A DNA stretch of 64,000 nt. Source: Lama guanicoe (Eukaryota). Position 1 is the first letter of the stretch; the number at the start of each line of letters is the position of its first letter. The stretch is from the NCBI GenBank assembly GCA_013239625.1, contig MU055549.1, positions 1,699,746 to 1,763,745 of the forward strand, read 5' to 3'. Of this stretch, positions 22,478-35,339 are shown one piece after another. The translations under genes and the position numbers were made by a program. The notes under the pieces were generated by a model that was not told the DNA's origin, searched no databases, and saw only the letters and a program-made list of their open reading frames with translations.

Positions 22478-23496
22478 GTAAGACAGAGCCGCTCTCTCAA
22501 AGCCTTGGGCTGGTTCCAGAGCCCACAGCATGGTGACCAAGGCAGGAGCCTGCCGGCGCCCAGGCTCACGGTTCCCTGGGTTCTCGTGCCGGGAGTACCG
22601 GGGGGGTGTCTCGGGAGGGATTCCGTGGGCTCGCTCCTCTTCAGAGCACACAACGGACCTCAGCTCCGTCGAGCAAGGTCTCGTGAGTCCGCCCAGGGGC
22701 TTCCTGCCCTGACGCAGACAGTTTAAAGTTTCTGTTTAAAGATGCGGGGTGTCTCTTTACTAACTTCACGGGGAGCGATGCGCGTGACTGAGGAATTTCT
22801 AATTGTCTCATGTGGAGCTTGGAAGAAAGCAAAGGGAAGGTGCTGGAAAATAGTTAAGCCTCCGAGTTAATGAAACGCACCAGCGTGCAAAGCTCAGACT
22901 TGCATGGGGCTCTCACTGAGTCGTCCCTCCTGGGCCGGCCAGCTGGGCCCCGTCTGCACGCACGGCGGGGTCCTTCCCCCACGGCGGGACCTGCGCGGAA
23001 GCCCACTGAAGCGGCCACCGAGGCGCGGGGTCCACACGTGCGGCGGGTGTGCTGTTCTGAGCGCTTGTGGCGGACGCAGGGCCGGCAGGCTTCATGGTGC
23101 TGTGCTGAGACGTGTGAGGAAGGGCTCTGCAGGGAGATGAGGGCCCTGGTCCCGGATCGGCTGCAGCCCTGCGGGCTGAGCGCGTTCTCGCCTGTGCGCG
23201 CTCGTCTGCTAACTGTGACGAGGACTCCGTGTGCCCAGGCCGTAGCAGTGTGTGCAGTTTGGGCCTGTCCTCAAAGCGACAAGAGCAGCCTTGAGCAGGA
23301 GTGGCGCTTCGTGAGGGCTGGAGGCTCGCGAGCTGGTGCTGTTGCCGAGGTTGGGTTTTCTCGTGCTACGATCAGGTTTGGATGGGAATTCTGTGGAATG
23401 GTGATGCTCATTCTCTACTAGAGTTAATGCTAGGATTGCAAACTAGCATCACGTTAATTGCTGGGGGATCAGTGACAGGGAGCGTCGCTAGGCTGT

Positions 23497-23505
23497 GAGA
23501 GAGAG

Positions 23506-23537
<32 letters not shown>
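23497..23537 (+). repeat. Compound (GA)n(GT)15 microsatellite
   Basis: (GT)15 at 23508-23537 preceded by a GA run. Confidence 0.95.
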
Positions 23538-23539
<2 letters not shown>

Positions 23540-26500
23540 CAACCTGGCTTTATTATAGTTCAGCTGTGGGAGTGCCCTTGGTTTTCTAGGCTCCTGTCTA
23601 GTAAATCTGATGTGGTCTTCCCGACGCTGGACCCCAGCTCCCGTACTTCTAAGTTGACTTGATAAATTAGGCAGTTAATGGACTGTTGTAGTCTCAGGAA
23701 CAGAATCTTACTTCTGTTTCGGTTTGTCACTGAGCATGCACTTCAGGTGTGATGGGGAAATAAATAAAACACATAGATAATCTCTTGTGTGGAACATAAT
23801 TTACAGCTGTGTCAAGATTTTGGTTAAAATCCGTCAGTTCATTGGTGTTTTTTAATGATGACTTACTGTTTTCTGAGCAGATTAATCCTAGAAAGAACCC
23901 AAGACCAAAGCCCGTGCTCCCGGGGGCGGCTTCGCTCTGCACGTTCTCTTGCGTGATTTATACGGTGACATAACAACCAGGCGTCGCTCCATGTCTGTGT
24001 TTCCTAAGGCTCTATGATCAAATCTGCCACCATGTGCATTCAGTTAGAGAAAGGCCGCCCCCACAGTGTCTGTCCTGTAGGTAACGGCCACGTGGGCGGC
24101 CAGGGAGACCAAGGGGCAGCCCTCGACAGCTGGCTTCTGAGGCTGCCTTTGTCCTGCTGGCGTTGACCCCTCTGCTCTGGAAACCCTGATCACTACTGGG
24201 CTGAAACAGCGGCGGGGGTCCGGACCATGGCCCCAGCCCGGCGGGCGGCCTCTGAGCTCTTGGGCCAGTCCCGGGCGTGAGCGCAGGGCGTGGCTCTCCC
24301 ACGGCTGCCCCTGGAGGTGGATGTCCAGGAGGCAGGGCCACAGAGGGCATCTGAGAGAGACTGCTCGCGCGCACGGTGGAGCCCTGCACACAGTTCCCAA
24401 AATGCTTTCTGAAAACTGAGGCTTGAAGGAGACGAGGGCAGACACTCCGTCTACCAGAGCTGTGTTTTTAACCACCGTCGGCACCGTGAAGTGACATCGG
24501 GTGAGGCTGAAGCGCTGCCCGTCCTGACGAGCGTCCTCAGCGGAGGTCCACGCGAAAAAGACACCTCCCCCCGGCCCAGAAGAACAGCCCTCTGTGCCGT
24601 CTGCTCCACGTCCAGATGGACTTTATTAAAGCCCGTGAGCGTTCATGTATCTGCAGGTACACAGCCCTGCTTTCATTCAGACGGCAGTGATTCCCATCTT
24701 AGACAAGTGAGACTTGCATGCACACCCTCGGCTTGGTAATCAAAGCCAGGCAGCCGGACGCCCAACGCGCCTTAGCTTTGTGGTTCTCAGCTGAGGGCAG
24801 TTCTGCCCCCAGGAGACACTCGCCGATGGCCAGGGACAGTTTTGGTCTCTGCAGCCCAGGGGTTGCTCCTGGGGTCTGGGCCATAGAGACCAGGCCTTCT
24901 GCCACACATCCTCCAGCCGAGGGCAGCCCTGTGGCGGAGGGCCGTCTGGCCCCGGATGGTGGCAGTGCCTCCTGCGAGAAGCCCTGGTTCACGCTCTACA
25001 GCTGCGTCTAAACGGCGCCAGCTGGGTAAAGATGCTCGCCCGGGGGGGGCTGACCTGGCACCTGCTGGACCTGCAAGGAGGAAGGAAGATCGGTCACAGC
25101 TTACCCTGAATTAGATGCCTTTAACATGATTTAGAATTTCGAGGAAGATACCCTGTTTAAACAACTCACAATCCATTCCAAATTCAACCAAAAGCTGGGT
25201 TTTCTCATTCCAAGTCTTGCCACATGTGCAGCCGAGTTGTACCTCCCTGTGGCTCTTCCAAAAGCCTTGGTGCTGGCCTGGGGTCTCCCGCCGGCCTCGT
25301 GTTCAGTCTGTTCACTTGCTCGTCCCCTCCCCAGCCTGTGAGCCACCTGCTGGGGCGGGGGGTGGCTCCCTCTCCCGCCCCACCTGCTGCGGTGCTGGGG
25401 GCTGAACTGATGACCCCATGCACTGCTCTCCCCAGCGATGTCCCAGACTTCAGTGTCCTTTCTCCGGACTGCGCGTCGGGAGGTTGGACACAGCCCATTC
25501 CACCAGGAACATGACTCTAGGGCTGTTTCTCTCATGCTCGCTCCTGAGTCAGGGGCGAGGTAGAAGGAGGGGCAGGCGGAGCAGGGGGTTTGCCTGGAGA
25601 GATCCCGTCAGAAGACCCTCGAACGCGGGCTGGGAGCCGGGCTGAGGGAGAGTGGGGGCGGGTGGGCTGGAAGTCTCTCTGCATTGCTGCCTTTGAGCAG
25701 GTCTCAGCCGAACCAGTTTGCCCCGTTCTCAGCTGGTCCTCCAAGCCTTAGCATTTCAGGTTAAAGAAGGAACATGTTTCAGGGAAAAAACGTACCTTGT
25801 CTCCTGTTTCTTAGTTTTTAAGGAGAACGTGAAGTTCTTCGGGGAGACGGGAGATGTCACAGAAGGGCTTGCCCGAGCGAAGGGGACTTCCTTCCTGGTC
25901 CTCCCCCAGGCTGGACTCCCCGACCTGAGCCCGCTCGGCCGTCCCCTCCGCGTCACGGGGCAGGGCGAGGGGGGCGCCCACATTCGGGGGTGGAAATGCC
26001 GCGCAGCGCCAGTGCCTGCCCCGGTTTGCTGAAACAGGTGAAGTGATTCTTTTATTAAGGATGCTGGTAGCTGTTTTTGAAACTTCACCCACTGTTTCGT
26101 AAGCATTCAAGTGAAAAAGGTGAGACATGAGTGATGGCGAGGGTCTCCGGTAGAGCCAGGGGCTCTGGAGCACGGCGACTAAGGAGTGCCGTCAGCCTCG
26201 GAGCCATTTACTGCCTGTCCTCGTGCTCCCAGAACCATTCAATGGCTACATTTAGCTCCGTGTCCTGCCACAGGGCAGCTGGGAAGTGGCTGTTCTTCCC
26301 GCTGTCGGAGCCTACCAGCCACGCTGCATCGCAAGTCAGGGAAGTCGCCAAGCCGGGGCCTCGGCGCCGCCCTGGGGCCGCCGGTGCTGGCACGGCTCTG
26401 CCGCCGCTGGGCGGCAGCCTTCTCTCTTTTTATCCAGGAATTGTTTCCTCCTCCACCATCATCAAAAATGTTATAATACATATTAACATTTTAGAGATTT

Positions 26501-26959
26501 GTAGCAACAAAAATCTTGCCGCAATGTAATTACTTACACCCCAGAGGGCCCGCAACGCCGCTGGCTTCTGTGAGGGGACGCGTGTGTTTCTAATGGAGAC
26601 ACTGAGCTGCTGTTAGCAGGGAACTTACTTGGATTTAAGCAAACAAAAAAGGACCCTGTACAGCTTGTCGTCCACAGGTGAATGCGTGTTAAGGGTGCAA
26701 GACACAAACAGGCAAGCAGGTGTCGTGACATTTGGGCCGTGCCAGGTGCAGAATTTTCTAAGCGGAGCCCCCACTGCCTCTATCAGCAGGGAAGCATGTT
26801 CCAGATTAGTCCACGTGGAAGAGCCCTCCTGCGGCCTGTCTGCCCCGCTCCTGCCACCTTCCCATCTGCATTGTCACCTCCAGTTCACTCGTTCTTTGAA
26901 AAGCAAAATTGGCGATCCACCTTGCACACAGAAGCGCGTGTATTTTCATGCGGGTGTAA

Positions 26960-27370
26960 GGGACGTGGACACTATAGACCCCCCATGTACCTCCCTCCCT
27001 CTGAGCCCAAGCAATTAGGTGTTTCTGTCCCCCCAGCCCCTTCAGGAACAATTACTCTCCTGCACGTGTGCCAACCATTCCTATGCTGTTTGTTTGTTTG
27101 TTTGTTTTAAGAAATATGTTTACATACAAGCATTATTCCCAAAGCATATACTTCAGAATTTAGGTGCTCTTTGAATTTTACGTAAGTGTAGTCATGACTC
27201 ACACATTCTCCTGTGATGGCCTTTTCTGCTCAAAATGATGGGTTTCTTTCCTGATCGTCCCTGCTGACGTGGTGATGTGGCCACGTTCACTTCGGTGTAG
27301 CATGTGTGGGTTGGCACGCCGTCCGCTCTGCTGCTGGCAGGGCTGCCTCTGGGCTGGTCCCTGAAGCGGC
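26960..27370 (-). mobile_element. Old L1 (L1ME-like) 3'-end fragment with (TTTG)n
   Basis: TTTGAATTTTACGTAAGTGTAGTCAT…GGCCTTTTCTGCTCAAAATGATG resembles the reverse L1ME 3' end. Confidence 0.55.
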
Positions 27371-27519
27371 CGCGCAGTTGTCCCTCCTTCCTCTGGGGGC
27401 ACTTTCCCCTCTGTGGTGTTCCTCCCAGGTTTGGGATGCGGGGCAGAGGGGGTCCTGGCACAGATCTCTGCAGCCCGGGCTGTGCGGGACCCTCTCCCCC
27501 CAGTGTCCCGGGCACTCTT

Positions 27520-28260
27520 ACCCTAGATAACAGCTCACCCAGCTTTACCTCGGCTCCCGTTTCTCCCTCGGGCTCCAGCTTGGGAGACCAGTTTCCCACT
27601 GGACGCCTGCACTTCCGGATGGCATCTCAAACCGTGCTTTTCCGTCAAGGCAGTATTGATTTCCCACCGCGGTCCTGCTCAGAACACAGGACGGAGCCAG
27701 GGAGCCGGCTCCTCCTGCAGCCTTCTGGGCGAGTGAGCCCCTTCTTTCCGAGTTCCCCCAATTCGTAAACTGCACCCCGTCTGTCCAGCTGTTTGAGCCC
27801 AGCACCCAGGCGTCATCCTTGGTTCCTTCTTTGCCTGACCCCTCACATCCAGTCCGTCAGCACTGCTGTCCCTCCTTCCAGTGTAGGTCCACGCCTGGCT
27901 TCCTGCTCCAAACCAACGTGATCTTTGGACCTTTTGCCTGGAGCCGCTGCCCGTCATCTCTCTGCTTCCCGTCACCCTTACCAGCCACTTCCCCACACAG
28001 GAGCCAGAGTTCACGTCTCAAAGAGGTACCTCAGACCAAGCCTTCCCCTGCTGAAAGCCCTCAGTGACTGTCTTCCACGGAGCTTCGAGCAAAACCTAAC
28101 CTTCTCCCCAGCGTCTCCCAAGCCCAGCGTCTGTGACCCGGCTGACGCTCTGGCGCCGGTCCCTCCAACACGTCCCGTCTGGTGCCTCAGGGCCTCCGCG
28201 CCGGCCGTTGCCCCGCCTTGGAGGCTCCCCCCCGTCACCCAGGCCCAGCTGGGAGGGGCC
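27520..28260 (+). mobile_element. L2 fragment
   Basis: GGCATCTCAAACC…AGTCATCCTTG-like GGCGTCATCCTTGGTTCC…CCTCACATCCAGTCCGTCAGCA…CCTGCTGAAAGCCCTCAGTGACT…CCTCAGGGCCT. Confidence 0.75.
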
Positions 28261-31200
28261 CCGGCCCTCCGTCCTGTGCTGAAGCCCCTTCCCCTCCCCT
28301 GTCGCTCACTTTGCAGCGCTTCCCCCGCCGGGGCTATCCTGATGTGTCTCTGCCGCCCGCCGCCTCCCAAGCCCGGCGCTGGGCCCGGCGGACCAGGGCC
28401 TCCTGAGCCGTATTCGTCACGAGCCACTGCCAGGGGCAGTGCCGGGGGCAGAGCCGTCTCCCCGCGACTCGGCTGAAGGAAGGCGTCCGCCCCTGCGCTC
28501 TGCCTGAGGGCGGGGGGGTGACGGGCCCGCCTGAGCACGCGCACGCTGCGCCCCAGCCCGGCTCAGTCCTCACGCGCAGGGGAGGAAAGGGGCAGCTGTC
28601 CACACGCCGGGGCCTGCCGGGTGCTCGGGCCGTGGAGCCCGGCTCCCGAGGCCACTCTTCACCTCGTGCTGACCGGGACGTCCGGTCCGGAGGCTCGGCA
28701 GGAAACCAGGCCATTTGCTGAGGGACTTCAAGCTTTCACCCTGAAAAGGCTCTTGGCCCCCACACAGCTCGTCCCATTCCTTAAGCTGGGAGACAGAGTG
28801 GGAGGTGGGTGAGGGCCTCCTCACCTGAGTGCCAAAGCCGGGAAGGTAAGAGCCAGCCCAGAGCTCAGCCCGCCTTCCCGAGGGCCGTGCTTGTCTTTGG
28901 TCAGCACCACCGTCGGGCCCTCCTCCCACCGACCCCCCAACCCCTCCCCCAATCAGCAGCAGAGCCACTGTGCTCGGATCCGTGACCTGCTGACCAGGAC
29001 TCCGGTCAGGCTACTGGCGCCGTAGCGACGCTGACTACGTTCAGCCCTGGGGCCCGTCCAGGCAGAGGGGACTGCCAGGCCGCACTCACACACGGGGGCC
29101 TGCGGTATGATCCCTGGGCTGGGCCTCGGCTCCTCTGGGGGGTGGCATTTTAAGAAGAGACCGGGAAGGACTGTGAGCAAACGGGCCTGCAGACAGAGGA
29201 AGGGGCTGTCGTTCTCAGGGAACATCCTCGAAGGGGCTTGGGTGCTGCCTGAGGTCCCGTGGCTGCGGCCACGAGCCGGCACACTGTCTGCCCGCGCTCG
29301 CTGTAACTAGAGCGGCCGCTCCTTCCTGGGCCGCTGGCTCGCCTCATCTGTGATGACAGCCCTGTTGGAAACGGTGCCCGTCTGTGGCCAGAGGCAGCAG
29401 GAGTGGCACCTGGTTGGGGGGGTGGATGAGGTGCCTGGATGTGCACTCGCTGGGGAAAGCCGGTCGCGGGAGCCCCTGGGAGGAACTTCAGGCCCAGCTG
29501 CTCTGGTTGTAACTCTCTGACAGACCTTTGGTGTGTGAACAGGACCAAGGCTGCACACAGGACCATAGCTGTGTGGGAGCATGCGGGTCTGCGCGTGCTC
29601 AATGGCCTGTGTCGGTGAGGGAGCTGGCATGTTGCTCTCAGTGGGTAAACTTCTGGGGACCACGTGGAGCTGCTTGAACAAGCATCCTTAAGGCGGCCGG
29701 TCCTCTAGGTAGGAGACGGCAAGGACACCAGTGCAGGGTCAAAGGGCCACGCTGTCTGTGACGCTGGGTCGTGCGAGAAGGCAGTGGGTGCTTCCTTTCG
29801 CTAAGGAGGGGCTGTTGGAATGTCCTATCTGTGGTCTCAGTCTTATCAACGCCGAGGGTTAGAGGGTGAGCTTCCTCATCCAGCAGCATGCGAGCTCCTC
29901 ACTGCCTTAAAAAGTCAGCAGGCAGCTGCGCCCGTCAGCTACTGCAGGAAGGAGAGGGGGAGGGCGCTGCGCTGGAGCAGACCTGGGCCAGCGCCGGCTG
30001 TCACGTCCGCCTCCCATTCCCTGATCTGATGTAAGAACGGCTGTGCTCAGACCTGTGTGATGAACGGCGTCCAGGATCCAGCTCACCAGCCGTGTGTCTC
30101 CTGGGCTCCCAGGGTTCTTGGGATGAGACTTTGCAAACTCACGTGCACAGGCCATCTTTCCATTCGGGGGAAATGATGGGGACATGGAGCCTTGCTTGGT
30201 GCCGGGGTCCCAGGCTCCCCAATCCCTTGTCTCAGCATGTGTTAAGCCCACCCGGGGACAGGCTGCAGGACTACCTTCATGAGGAAAGGAAGAGAGGAAG
30301 GATGCTCCTGGGAGGACCCTCAGACAGCAGCAGGGACACGGCGTCAGAGCCACCACCCACGTGCTAACAGCTGCTCTCCCCCTGCCCCCCGCTCCCGTGG
30401 CCTTTCCTCTCCTTGTGTTCACATCCCAGCCCCTTCCTGGAAGCCCAGTTGTGAGCTGACCTCGTCCATGGTGCCTGCCTTGACCCCTTCTGTCAATCAA
30501 AACCATTTCAACCTTCAAACTCCTATCCTGTGCCTGGTCTCACCTGTCACTTAACTGACAGTGAACTGTTCAAACGTTTACACTTGGCCTGTCCACGCTG
30601 AGCGTCCACGGGTCAGGGACCGCACTGCTGTTTCCTCCCCGATCAGCACTCAGAACAGCTCCGAGAGTATTTCCCGGACGGGAGACTCGGCAGCCAGAGG
30701 AGATGCAGGGACTTCTGTCGGTCAAGTAGGCTGACTTGTTACGATCACAGCCTGTCATACAAGAGCCCCCTCCCTGTTTATGCAGCAGGTAGCGAGCACG
30801 GCCTTTTCCTGTTGTGACCGTGTAAGTACAGCCCGATGGACTGAAGGGAGGAGCAGTAACAGCACATTTCCTCCGAGAGGCGTTACTGCATTTCCTCTCA
30901 GCTCCAGGTCCCCGTGCACAGCTGTGCAGCCTTATACTTGGGGGAGTGTGGGCGCTGGTGAGTCCTCCTCTCGCCACAGAAAGTGTCATCGGCCGCAGCT
31001 CATTTGCTTTCTCCCAGGGGAAAGCAGCAGTGCCCTGGGCCGTGCAACATCAGAGAGCGATACAGGCACAGAGCCGGAGAAGGACCACGGTGCACACAGA
31101 CGGTCCTGTGTTGTCCACGCCTGGGGCTCACTTTGAGTGGAGCTGGGAAGTCGCCCCACATCACCTGTCACTGCGCACTCAAGGGTGGGCTGAGGAGGAG

Positions 31201-33061
31201 CCAGACCCGCCAGGCCAAGTGTCCACGTCCCACTGGTCCCACTGTGAGGGGTGGAGGGAGGGCTGGGCGGACAGAGGCTCAGAGCCAGGGGGTTCTGGAT
31301 CCCGGGAAGGTGCGGCAAAGGGGAGCCCATCGCTTCAGGACAGAGAGGTAATTCCTAATTGTCTAGAAATGAGCTGACAAAATGGTCCAGCCCCAACACA
31401 GCCCTGCCCACAGGCCCCAGGATGCTCTCCTCTCTCCACTCTGGTCAGGTCGGCTGTCAGCACCGGCAGGACACATAGGGATCTCCCTGGCGCTGCTGCA
31501 GTCTTGGGCGGTCCCTTGTCCCCTTCCTTGTGCCCCTGTCTCTCGTGGGCAGCCTCTCTCATCCATCTGCGCTGAGCCCCAGAGACAGTTTCCTAAGCAA
31601 ACTGGTGTGGGGTCCATGCTTGCAGGTGGATGGGTCCAAATCCTCTCCTCTGTCCCCAGTTGTACGGAGCACTTTGGGGTGAGTTGAAGTGATGACTGGG
31701 GACTGATGACAGTTTATGGTCAAAAGGCTCTTAGCGTCTGAGTCTGAGAGCAAGTTCTGGGGGTCTCACTCTCCCTCACACACGCGCACGCCGGCACACG
31801 CCGTCTGTCTGTCTGTCTTACCGCCCCCTCCCCCACACACACTGTTTCTGCGGCGCGGGGAGCAGCTCCCCAGCAGCAGACATCTCCGGTACTTCCTGTT
31901 GGTCCCCAAGGGGGCCCCCATGTTTCACCGGTTGTACCTGCAGCTCACCCTCCCCTTTGCCTCCCCCCAGCTCACACTGCAGCCCAGCTCTGATTTCAGT
32001 GACAGCAGGAAACACGTCCACAGGACTGGAACAGCTCTGGGGACACCTAGGGTCATTCACCCTTTTGTGGCCGTGACAAAGTTCTGGTGACGCCGCCTGG
32101 GGTCCAGCTGCTGCTGAGCCAAGGCCGTCTTTTCCGGCTGCTGTTTACCGTTTCCTTGTTTCGCTCAGCAATTCCCCCTAATTGTTAAGGCGATAAACGC
32201 TCACTTGGGAAAAACCGAGAGCCTAACTGAGAAATGAAAGCTCCCCGAAACCCCTCTGCCCCACGTGGACTCCGGAAGCCTCGCCAGTGTTTGCTCGCGG
32301 TGCAGACAGTGCTTGCGGGCTGCGTGCGGCTTCAGCCCCTGCCGGTCCCTTTTCCTTCCTCACTGCTGTGGACCACCGGCCGCTGGAGGAAACCCGTGCA
32401 GACGGCCCTGTCACCCCCCACTGTCCAAATACAGAGCCAGCCTGGTCTCAGTCCTTGTCCCTTCTGCCTCAGTGTGCACAGCCGCCCGAGCTGACGGGCG
32501 CAACCTCCCATAAGCCGCCCCGTCTCCTGGCTCAGCTGTCGGCTCCGTGGCGTTGCCCCCAGCCTCTGCCTCTGCCGCTCCCCAGTTCCTGGCGTGTGTG
32601 TCCTGACATCTACGCGACACTCCCGCCTGTGCGTTCAGTAACCACCTCCCACTGAGCAGACCCCAGCTGTGCCCACATGTCCCGACAGGTCCATCAGACA
32701 AGCTGTCATGTTTGTCGTAGTCCTTCTCAAGGCAGCGTCTGAGGGGACACGAGCAGAGCGAGGACGCACGGTGTGCGGGTGGAGGGCACGTGAAGGACAG
32801 CGGCTGGGGCAGGTGGCAGGGACACCAGTGGCCAGTCGGGCGTCCTTTGGTTATAGTTTTGTGGTCATGGAGGCTGCGCCCTGTTCCTGGAGAGGATGTG
32901 CAGCCTTTGATAAGAGGTCCACAGTCTAACAGAGAGGAGCGTGTGCTTGCGCCCAAACCATCCGATCTGCATTCATTATGTGTGTGCTGTTGTCACTTCC
33001 CACGTGTTGTAGGATTACGACGTCCCTTACAGGTTCACTTGGACTTGTAAAGGGGTGTATG

Positions 33062-33922
33062 CATAACCCAGTTAATAAATAAAGGACCCGATAGACATTC
33101 TCCAAAGAAGAGAAGCAAATGGCCAGCAAACACGTGGCAGGCGCTCGGCCGCATTAGTCATCAAGGAGCACAAATCAAAACCGCGATGAAATTCCACTGC
33201 GTGCTGACGGCACGGCTGAAATAAGAGGAGGCACAGTGGCAGGCGCTGGTGGAAACGGGGAGGAATTGGACGCCTCGTACACCGCTGGTGGGAATGCCAA
33301 GTGGTGCGGCTGCGCTGGGAAACAGGCTCGCGGTTCCTCAAGCGCGCAGACGTAGAATGACCGTGAGACTCAGCAAGTCCGCCCCAGGCGTGCACTCACG
33401 AGAGATGAAAACACATGTCCACGCAAAAACGTGTCCACAGTTGTTCACGGCGGCGTTATTCACAACGGCCCCAACGAGAAGCTGCCCTGATGCTCAGCGG
33501 CTGAGGAGCAGGGAAATTAGGTGCAGCCTCCCCAACGACGGAGTATTAGCAGTGAAAGGACAGAACCCGGACAGGCGCTGAGACGCGGATGAGCTTTGAG
33601 AACATCGCGTCCGTGAAGGAAGCCGGTCACGGAACCGTGTATTTCTATGATTCCATTTCTATGAAGCATCCAGAACGTGCAAATCCACAGCGACAGGACG
33701 CAGACAAGTGGCTGCTTAGGGTGAGGGCGGGAGCAGGAGGCCCTGGTGGAGAAAGGAGTTGATGGCTGGTGGTTTGGGGTTTCTTTTTGGGGTGATGAAA
33801 TATTCTACGGTTGATTGTGGTGACTGCTGCACAGCTCTGTGCATCTAGTTAAAAACCATCCTTTCGGACACTTTAAGTGGGTGAATCGTATGGCCTGTGA
33901 ATTTCAGCTCAATAAAGCTGTT
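33062..33922 (+). mobile_element. L1MB-like ORF2 end and 3' UTR
   Basis: AGACATTCTCCAAAGAAGA…GCTGGTGGGAATG…GAGATGAAAACACATGTCCACGCAAAAAC…TTTCTTTTTGGGGTGATGAAA…CTCAATAAAGCTGTT. Confidence 0.88.
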
Positions 33923-35339
33923 GCAGCAAAACAACTTCACACCCGGCCCCATTTCGCCCCCCCCCCCCAAAAACCCCCCCCCCCGGGCCAGCTCTGCGGG
34001 GAGGCGTGGAGCCCGCCTCCTTCCTGCCACTGCCAGCTCTGTGCCTGCGGGCCGGAGGCACCGCCTGGTGGAGGGGATCGACTCTGGGAAGCTCTGGGAA
34101 GCTCTGGGCAGCCAGCTGTCCCCGGGCTCTAAACACCCCCGCCCACCCCCTCCTGCAGCCATTCTGGAACGTGCCCTGTCTCAGGAAGGAGGGTGCACAT
34201 GAAATGTGGCCCCACGGGGCTCCAGGGGAAGCAGGCGCCCCAGGGCACTCAGGGCGTGGTTCCTTCTGCCGTGCGGATGCCTTCAGGAACAGCTGGATTC
34301 AGGCGCTCCCAGCCGTGGGACTGTCTCCGCAGCCTTTGCTTCAGTAGCCCTTCAGGTAGGAGGCCTCACACTCTTCAGATGCGTCTCCTCATGTGGGAGC
34401 CAGGACAAGGGAGCGTCTTTATCTTTCTTACTCGTTTTAAAGATTATGGGGATCAGAGAATTCAGCATGTCTGTCCAGAATCCATCACGTCTCCTCTGGT
34501 TTGCTCAGTAACTCACACAGGTCTGAGTGTGTGCAAATGCATGTGCGGTTGTGTGCTGGGGGTGTGTGTGAGTGTGTGGGCGTGTGGCTCAGGCCGAGGC
34601 AGAGGGCCAGGTGACAGTGACGGTGCCGGCGAGGGTGGGGGGAGGCAGCTTTCAGGAGTGGATCTGAGAACCATTTGGAAAACAGTAAATGGCCCAGACC
34701 TGTGGGTCCATCCAGGGTGGACGATGCGGGGAGAGAAGTCAGGGAGATCTGCCCTAAACTCTCCTCTGTGATGTGTCCTTGTCCGTGGGGATCTTTTCAT
34801 CATTTTTCTCCTATCTTGTCCTTCTCATCAAGTGAGAAACTCCTCTGCCACAGAAACCTTATCTTCTTCCCGCGCGCCGGGGGCTCACCCGGGATGGGGG
34901 CTGCAGGTGTGCGAGGTCGTTTAAGGAAGGGGCTCCTGCAGGGACAAGAGGGTAAACAGGCCGTGTCTGGTCGCCGCACCGGTCTGTGTGCACGTGTCTC
35001 AAAATGCGGAATAATAAGAACTCACAGGTGTAATTTGTTATCCAATATGTAATCATTTCTAGTAATTAATTGAAATAAATTATACACCTGAGGGAATTTG
35101 CTCCTGCGCAGCACGAACATGCCTGTAGGTGCAGCTTCCAGTGACAATGCACCTGTTGCTGCGTGTGGGGTGTGGGGGGGGGGTGTGGTGCGTGCGTGTG
35201 TGTGTGCGAGCGGGTGCACAGCTCCTCTCCACGTCTCTACTGGAGATGGTGCTGGGCTTCATCCCTGCGCAGTGTTTTTTTTTTAAACAAGTTGATTTTA
35301 TTTATTTATTTTTTTACTGCGGTCAGTTGACTTTTCCTT

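Noticed and set aside
22055-22481. ORF-track frames over the exon (poly-Pro and poly-Arg readings) as dual-coding sequence
   Set aside because: These are alternate readings of the GCC repeat. Only the poly-Ala frame matches TCERG1L and fits the splice phases.
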